Part shown: piece after piece, positions 36,603 through 46,707 of the stretch
Layout: each line of letters starts with the position of its first letter
Numbering within the stretch: position 1 is the first letter of the stretch
Assembly (NCBI GenBank): GCA_001642005.1
Contig: LWCA01000158.1
Coordinates: 1-46,707, forward strand
Source of the DNA: Intoshia linei
Taxonomy: Eukaryota > Animalia > Orthonectida
Length of the DNA: 46,707 nucleotides
Reading direction: 5' to 3'
The notes under the pieces: model-generated
Told to the model about the DNA's origin: nothing
What the model saw: the letters and a program-made list of their open reading frames with translations, nothing else
Databases searched by the model: none
Program-made: the position numbers and the translations under genes

Positions 36603-37630
36603 GGTGCAGGAACGGATAAAGTCGCGTATAATCTTTTTATGAGTACACTGAAAAAAATGGTTTTGGAAATTTTTTGCAGAGACGCTTGTCATTTTAAGCA
36701 TTTCATACAAAAACTAAAATATATCTTTATTTACTGGAATGGTATATTGTAGCTATGTTTTGAATGGTCTTGTATTGATCGTCATGTTTGGTTGTTCATT
36801 TTGCATCTTTAAATTCAATTCTACTTCATTTATTTTTATTTTTAGTAATAATTTTTATAAAATTATTAGAATTTTAAAATATCGATAAAATAAAAAGTAA
36901 ACGAGGTAGAATTGAATTTAAAGATGTAAAGTGAGCAACCAGACATGACGATCAACACAAGACCACTCAAAACATAGCTAACACATTAGATCAGACATTC
37001 TCAACCCTTTTTCGCTGTGGACCCCAAAAAAATTAATAATAATGACAATTTTTAATGAATCATTACATTTGGGGTGAAACGAATGATGGTCAAAAGACAT
37101 GGAGTACTCTATTTTTGCGAGATGATAAACTATTAATATTAACCTTTATCCTGTCAATGTTCCCAAAATGGAACATGTTTTTTAGGTATTGTTTACAGGA
37201 TATTATTAATTGTTTACTACATATTTTATCAGATCAATAAAAAGTCTATATTATCTATCTTCCCTGTGAAAAATTAATATTTTATATCCCTTCGTTGATG
37301 TTTCATAGAATCATGAATATTATCTGATTTTTTGTCCCATTTTCAATTTGAAATTTAAAGCTTTTTTTATGACTAGAAACTTGGCTCTCTGAGCCTTTAT
37401 GTTACTGAAAATGTCTATAATATGTATATTATTTTCATGGACCTCCAAAAAAGTGCTGTGGACCCCGTTGAGAATGGCTGCATTAGATGGTAATATTCCA
37501 TTAAATAAACTTATATTTAATTTTTGTATGGGATCTTTAAAATCGCAAGCGTTTCCGCAAATTTTTATTTAATTTAATTTTTTTTGTATTGTCACTTTTG
37601 ATTAATTACTCAACTTTTCCGATCCAGCAC
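36603..37630. mobile_element. Long fold-back element (~250-bp imperfect inverted arms) interrupted by a hAT MITE
   Basis: TAGCTATGTTTTGAATGGTCTTGTATTGATCGTCATGTTTGGTTG...TTTAAATTCAATTCTAC pairs with GTAGAATTGAATTTAAA...CAACCAGACATGACGATCAACACAAGACCACTCAAAACATAGCTA. Outer arms GTGCAGGAACGGA / TCCGATCCAGCAC. Confidence 0.78.
36992..37480. mobile_element. hAT (Buster-type) MITE
   Basis: TIRs CAGACATTCTCAAC / GTTGAGAATGGCTG, subterminal GTGGACCCC repeats, perfect 8-bp TSD CATTAGAT. Confidence 0.9.
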
Positions 37631-37767
37631 TTCATTTTTAAAAATTTTTCAAAATAGATAACTGAACGTCCACCACGGCAGAGCTACCTACCTATTGATG
37701 AAGATAGTACAAAAGACACAAGTTAGTCTTATAATACATTGTATTTTAAAACAATTTAAAATAAAAT

Positions 37768-40700
37768 TTATTTTTTTTTTGACCTGATATAATATGCAAT
37801 AATAAATATTAAAAGAATAAAAGATACAGTTGAAATAATAATAAGCCAGATTAATAGAGTGTTTTTCACTAAACAAATATAAACGTAAATAAATGAAATT
37901 GATACTATTTGTATTTCTATTCTTGTACACACAATATTTTAAAGTGTCATTGGTGGCTATTTCCTTCATTAAAAGTTTAAATTTTTCAAATGGACAATAT
38001 GTTGAACACCCCTCAATTTTTTTAAATTCAACAACATTAGTATCAGTATTTTTGTATAAAACAGAAACAAATAGTTGATTCGATTCATCCTTCAAAAGTT
38101 CAAAAATCAAACTAGATGCATATGAAGGGGCTGTACCATCATAAATCTTTAAAGCGTTCATGATAATGGTTAGAGTTGTATCATGCTAAAATGAAAATAT
38201 TATCAAAATGCTAATAATTTACAATATACAATGTATATTATGCAGTCTAACCCAGTGATTCCCAGTTTGTGGGTATTTACCCACGAGTGGGTAGTTTGAT
38301 ATTTTTCATGGGTAATCGTGAAATTTCTTCTAAAAAATAGCCTATTTTTTAGATTTCATATTTTTTTATTTTTTTGCGTAGTATGCACAGTAACGTATTA
38401 TAAAATTTTTCCTAATGATATAATAATGTTCATTAATAATATGTAGTCATGTAATAAATGAATATATTTTACTTATATAAAATTGAATGTCTATTACAGT
38501 TTATTGAAAAAATTAACAGTCGTAGAATTTAATAATACCAATTTATAATACAGTTTTCGCATGTGATGTTTATTTCCCAAAATTCCGTCTTTCGGTATCA
38601 AAAACACAATTTGACTTGTTTTAAAAATAAAATCAACCCATATATTTTGGGACGCGTCGTAAAATCATTAACATTGGCGTAAATCTCAGCATCATCACAA
38701 TCTCAAAAAGTGCATTTTCACGATGAAAACTTGAGATTACCCTTTTTTTAAAAATGAAAATAGTTTTAAAATTTTATACTGTCATATGAACATATATGAA
38801 TGGCGATAATAATATATTTAAAAGTTTCGAAATGTCCAACTCAATGTTTGTTAAAATAAAATTGTCGTGTTCATATAGAACAGATTCGACTGTATTTTGA
38901 TTATAATCAAATTGTATTTATTGTACGTGAAAAAAATTATAAATGGTTTTTATCTTATCTTACCGACATGTCGCGACAGTACTAGAAACTTAAAAACACA
39001 AATTCTAAGTCAGTTTTTTTATGGTACAGCGAGAAGATAAATTTCAATCTCACAAATTTGCTTTGTAATTTGTTTAACCAGATTTTAACGAGTTTTGAAA
39101 TAAATTTTAAAAATGGTATCTAAAATAACATTTTTTTCAAAAATACTTAAATATTGTTATAGTTTGTATAAAATTTTTAATTATATTATTTACAATATTA
39201 TTAATAAATCATTAATATGATTAATTCTGATGAGACAAAAATCTCATCAAATGAAAAACTGATAAAATGACTACTAATCAGGGGTGTCAATTATGCGGCC
39301 CTCGGACAACTTGCGACTCAAATTATGAAATGTGCGGCCCGTGTTATAATATAAATTTTTATTTTTTTACACATATTTATTATTTTTCAGTTTTTTCATA
39401 TATTTTTTATGATATATTTATTAATTATTACAATTTTAACATTATTTTTACACTTATTCCATTTTTATTGTTTCTAATTACATTTTATGAATTAAAATTA
39501 TTATAAATTAATTAAATCCGTTAGCTTTAACATAATTTTTTTCACATTTAGCCCGCCAAGCAAATTTTAGTCAATATTTTACATTTAATTTTACTTTAAT
39601 TAAAGTTCAAAAACTTTTTTTGGATGAAATTAGATAACCCTCAAAAATACCTGCAATTTATTTTTTTAATAATTCAACCCCATTTATTGTAATTATGAAT
39701 TAATAAAATTTACAGCAGAATTATAGATAAATTTGATTTTATTCTCATTATTCACAAACTCTTCAAACTGATCAATAACTTCAAATATAGGATATCCTAA
39801 ATATAAATAAAAAAAATTTTTTTTGAAACCTCCTCCAAATTTAACCAATTCTTTATCTCCATATTTAATATTGAAACTAATTTCATGTAAGTATAAAAGA
39901 TAATCTGCATATGTTTTTGATTCTTTATACGGTTTCTTGGACCATTCAGGGGTATCAAAATTATTTTGTATCTAGATATTAAATTTAATTTAAACAAATT
40001 AATTATTTTTAATCTAAATTTAATGTACACATATACAATGTAGAGTCTACATTGTAGACGAATATGAATAAAAAATAAATTCAATTATAACGTAAATATA
40101 TTTAACCTTACAAAGCATGTTATCCCCAATTTTCCAAATTGTAGCCATTGTGAATGTTTTATTAAGTTTCTTGGACACATATTCAAACAAATCTTTATAT
40201 TCAATGTCATATTTTAGATAGATGCTTTTTTTAATTTCATTAAAATGATGCACCAATTTAGGACACGAAGATGTTAACAATAACTAGAATTGTAAAATGC
40301 GAAAATTAATTAAATGGATAAAATGAGGTCCTTACGTGGTCATTTGACATTATTTTTGTGTGAGTCGGAATTGGTTGCCATTTTATTTGACTATTCCACA
40401 TTTCATCAGCAGACGGAAAAAATAAACCAGCCTCCACACAATACGCTGTCATTAGTGTTCTGTCCACGTCTGTACTGCGGATGTACACCTATTTAATGTA
40501 TGTAACAGGAAAAGTGAAAATAAATAAAAATATACAATGTAGTTTGGGGAATTTACAAATTCCTAGGCGTCATTATTTACATTATGTACTGTTAATTAAT
40601 TATTAACATTATTATTCTATTAAAATGCAATAAATTTTGAATAATTATTATAATCGGGTCATATTTCATATTAAAATTTCACTCAGCTTAAAATCGAATT

Positions 40701-41430
40701 ATACTCCAATTCTACTGTACCAATGTACCTAGCAATTTGTAATTCCATGGAATTTGAAAATTCCCGGTGACCATGTCATCACCATACAATGTAATAGTAT
40801 AATTTACCTCATCATGCATATATTTTTCAGAAATCAACGCATTTTTTAGCACATACCTTGTATGGTAAAATACACCCAGTTGATAGGCGGCGATTTTACC
40901 CGACTAAAGTTATTTGTTTCAGCAAATATTTATTAAAGTTAATTCTTATCCATATGATATTTTAGATTAACAATTCAAAATAAACCTTGAGTAATTGTCC
41001 AGGCCCTTCTGGCCATAATGCTGCATCACCATCCATAAAATATATGGCGGATCGATTTCCATGACGCGAAAACTACAAAAAAGTTTTATAAAGTGTTGAT
41101 TTAGAAGATTTTGAAACCATTTCTTGACCTTTACATGTCCTTGAAAAGTCTATTATCACTGATAACGGAAAAATAACATTGCTACCATTTGCAACATGTC
41201 ATAACTTGTAAAAAATATTAGAGAAAACTCTTTAAATTTTATTTTAACTTGGTTGAGTTTGACGTTTAAAAGATAAATCAAAATAATCAAGTAATAGTTT
41301 ATTGTAATTGTATAAAGATTATATTATTAAAATTTACCGCTACAGCATTTATTATCTGATATTTTTCCGATGAGATAATCGCTAGACTGGTGTTTATGAT
41401 GGTGTGTATGATCAAAAAAGTTAAAAACAT
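37768..41430 (-). CDS. Histidine acid phosphatase (lysosomal/prostatic ACP2/ACP3-like), with signal peptide and C-terminal TM helix
   Basis: MFLTFLIIHTIINTSLA signal, FSRHGNRSA..WPEGPGQL, YIRSTDVDRTLMTA..AGLF..WQPIPTHT, SA|HDTT..APSYASSLIFEL, CSTYCPFEKF, TM LLIWLIIISTVSFILLIFIIAYYI, tail RSKKK*. Confidence 0.92.
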
Positions 41431-42788
41431 TAAAATTAAATGTATCTATGCTATTTATACCAATATATCAAAGTTAAAATAAACATTTTTGCACAACTAC
41501 TAAACCAATTTTTTATATTTGCATTATATAAGAACGAGTATTTTTATAATGTTAAAATAGGTTGTTGTAACTAACGTAGCCTGTAATTATTTACGTTTGT
41601 GTTAATACAAATATACATTAGAACTTGTGGTTACACCTATAAACAATGTTAAAAAAGCCTGCATTTCAAAAATATACTTAGATGCAGAATGTAGCGTGAA
41701 TCTTATATTACAGGTTATATAGGTAATAACATTATTGCCAATAAAATAGTAATATATATGATGTTATTATTTTATCATTATTTAAACTTTACTAAATGTT
41801 CAAAACAATTCAAGTTTAATTGAAAATTTTGATAGTTTTCATGAAATATAAATGTATTGATACTATACACGATGTTTTAATGGAGTATATCAAGTTGAGT
41901 TATGTCAAATTGGAAATTCTTGATTAGATTATACTATTAATAGATTTTGTTATTTTAAAAATAACCTTGATGAATTCACATTTATTGATAGAATTTTAAT
42001 AAAATGAACAAATTTGGACAAAGTAAGGATATAGTGATTTTTTTGATCGTGAAAGCGTCACTTATTCAGATTGAAATTTTTTGTGTGTGTTAACAGGATA
42101 TAACTGTACCTACCTGTAAATTTTTTGAAATTCTAGGGCTGTTTTCATAAAAAAAGAAGGGTAATTCTGTAATTTTTTTTTAAATTCTAGAGCTGTTTTC
42201 ATTTAAAAAAAATGGTATCTGGGATTTTGATCGTGAAAATAATATTTTTTGAATTGTGTTGATATGTTTATGGATTATGTTTACGATTTTAAAAATAAAA
42301 AAGAATTTATGTTTTATAAAATAAATAAAATTTTGAGAAATGTAGTCCTTCAGGATCTAAAACCCAAATTACACGTTTTTAAAAAAAATGGTCCAATCAT
42401 TTTGAAAAACATAAATTCAGGGACGTTATCGTATTGTATTTTGAATTGCATTTTTTTAAGGTTGTATCTATAAGTGTATCATTTTTACTTTATTTTTAAG
42501 ATTACACACTTAGTATCAATTAAATCAATTAAGTCCTATCTCGGCAGAGCTAGTCGCTGTATGTACATGCCAGTCGAGCAAGCATTATACAACATATAGT
42601 TGTAATTTACAACTTGTAGGCATAATTTGAACCAATTGTCATGTGTCTGCAGTCCAGCCTCTGGACTCATGACGCAAATCTCAAATATAGAATAATCTGT
42701 ATGGATTATATTTGCAATTCCTTGACAAACATTGTTTAGTAACTAAAAAATTTAACGGTTAAATTCTTAACTACAATATTATTTTACA

Positions 42789-43428
42789 ATGATTTTAACA
42801 AGAAAAAATGTAGAAGGTATCTTTAATTTACCATAACCGCAAAAATATGAAACGAAACAAATTTTAGACCTCCGAGATGCATTCATATTTATGGATTACA
42901 ATAAAGACGGTAAAATCAACAATATCGACGTGGCCATGTTAATACGAAGTATTGGACTTTGTTGTTCAAATAGTGAAATACATAATATTGTTCAGCACAT
43001 TTCAAAAAATTGTAAAAAATATATTATAAAATAAAAAATGTAAATTTCATTAGTTAATGGTGAAATTGATTTGGAAAATTTGACTTTGCTTATAACTGAA
43101 AAAATGGTTCAAACGCCAAAATTAAATGTCGATTCCCTACAAAAAATTTTTCAAAATTTGGAAAATTCACTAAAACCCTTTGCAAATCAATCAAAGCTTC
43201 GTCATTTATTGAAATCGGTATTACATAAAAATATACAAAAAAAACAACATTATACTTGTATCTAGATTGGATTAAGGCTAACTGATAAGGAAATTGATAC
43301 ACTATTTAAAAAGACTAATTGTTTATCTAAAGATGGAGAAAAAATTAATTATATTGGTATGCATTTATAATTGTGAATTAAATTTGAATAAATTTAATTT
43401 AGATTTGATAGAAAAGGTTAAAATGTAA
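42789..43428 (+). CDS. Divergent calmodulin/myosin light chain-like EF-hand protein, 5 exons
   Basis: MILTRKNVE|DLRDAFIFMDYNKDGKINNIDVAMLIRSIG...NGEIDLENL...KLRHLLKS|IGLRLTDKEIDTLF...DGEKINYI|DLIEKVKM*. Only EF1 has a near-canonical loop. Confidence 0.85.
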
Positions 43429-43476
43429 AAATAAACCAATGTATAACCAAATAAATGTAATAAGTTAACTGTAGAT

Positions 43477-45394
<1,918 letters not shown>

Positions 45395-46429
45395 GTTGAA
45401 TGTGACTGATAATTTTCAAAGTGTCAATATATGAATGTTAAATCAATATCAGTGTTTACGCGTAACTTTAATGTTATAGAAACTACTCATAACTGATAAA
45501 ATTTATTATTTTTCCTATCTGATTTTAGTACAGAATCTGCATCTACCAAATTTAATATTGTAAGTAAATATTAATATTGGAATTTGATATTGTAATAAGA
45601 TTAATAAGTTACAATATAAGTAGTTATTGTTATTTGTTAATCCTGGTTTAGTGATTCATATATATCAGTGTACACTAGGGTGTCAACGGTATCTTAAATG
45701 CAATGCCGCTCAGGAATAATTAGATGCTTATATGCATTTAAAGTGTTAATTCGTTGAAAAAAATTATTTTTATACACTAATGAACTTGCAAGCTCTAATT
45801 AATTTTTCAAAATAATATTTAAACTTTTATAAAAATAAACATATGTTTACTCATTTTAAAACAATTTATTTATTTTAACCTTTTTATTTTAATTTTCTTG
45901 GATTTTTAGTAGTTTTGTCATGAACAATTGTTAATCTAATCATTAAATTCTAATGCTATAAGGTTTGTCTTTCCAGTCGTCTTTGTTGAAATATTTTAAA
46001 TGAGTTCAATAAGATGATCATTAATGATTAGTTATATATTATTAGGGTCTTAAATACTTTACAAATTAAGTCTTAATCTGAAAGATTAATAAACAATAAC
46101 TTATTGTACTATTTCCTTATTATCTACTTAACTATACATACACCAATGTAAGTAATAACTAAATTTATGATTATGTAGTTGCGTTTTAGTCATTAATAAT
46201 TAAACCATAAATACACTACGTATTTTCATTGTTGTAAATCATTTCTGAAAAACCTATCAATTTATTGCAATTTTGCCAATTTTATTTGTTCCACATTTTA
46301 TTTTAAGCTACAATATGAGAAAAGGTATTTTTTTATTATAATAAAAAAACATAATAGGTCATTAATCTGTGGTTTTGTTATTAAATTTTACGGATGAGAA
46401 ACCTTAAATATATAATGTAAATAAATAAT

Positions 46430-46707
46430 TATAGATATAAGAAAAATAAGTGGATATATAATTGTTGGACCATTTATAGGATTCTTATTTGAGTCTCATA
46501 AACTTCCTACAAATAGGAATGTGCTTCGAAGGTTGTTAAAACTAAAGAAAAATAACCAATCACTACCATTTTAATGCATTGCAAATGAAATATTCGATAT
46601 ATACGTGAAAACAAGATTAAATATTATCAGTGTACAAAGAATCGACTTTAAAATCAAAAAACTATTTAATGAGTATCGAGTGGTTAATATAACTTCTCAT
46701 ACAGAAA
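46430..46707 (+). pseudogene. N-terminal fragment of a degenerate DNA-transposon transposase (hATm-like), running off the window end
   Basis: YIVGPFIGFLFESHKLPTNRNVLRRLL...*CIANEIFDIYVKTRLNIISVQRIDFKIKKLFNEYR has an in-frame stop and a KLP[ST]NRxVL motif recalled from such transposases. Candidate TIR TAGGGTGTC at ~45676. Confidence 0.5.

Overview
Very AT-rich, intron-containing animal (spiralian-like) genomic DNA. The dense gene packing, many ~30-50 nt introns and divergent proteins resemble a compact parasite genome such as the orthonectid Intoshia; this is an inference, not a database match. Genes reconstructed by hand, in order: last exon of Piezo (+), glycerol kinase 5 (+), UBXN6 (-), mitochondrial intermediate peptidase MIPEP (+), innexin A (+), SPATA24-like (-), CNBD2-like cyclic-nucleotide-binding protein (+), innexin B (+), membrane histidine acid phosphatase (-), calmodulin/myosin-light-chain-like EF-hand protein (+) and mitochondrial glutamate dehydrogenase (-). 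The long introns and intergenic spaces hold nested DNA transposons: hAT (Buster-type and CGGBP1-like), pogo/Tigger MITEs, Helitron-like repeats and a long fold-back family. Several have readable TIRs and TSDs. Most notable observations: the GK5 and UBXN6 coding sequences overlap tail-to-tail on one palindromic TTATAA that encodes Leu-stop on both strands; both innexins carry a double N-glycosylation sequon in extracellular loop 2; a hAT element carries a GC-rich three-hairpin cargo; and a 41-bp TG..CA micro-insertion has a 4-bp TSD. Four single-N gaps flanked by duplicated sequence are probably assembly artefacts. I found no convincing multi-gene novel system. Exon boundaries are manual predictions.
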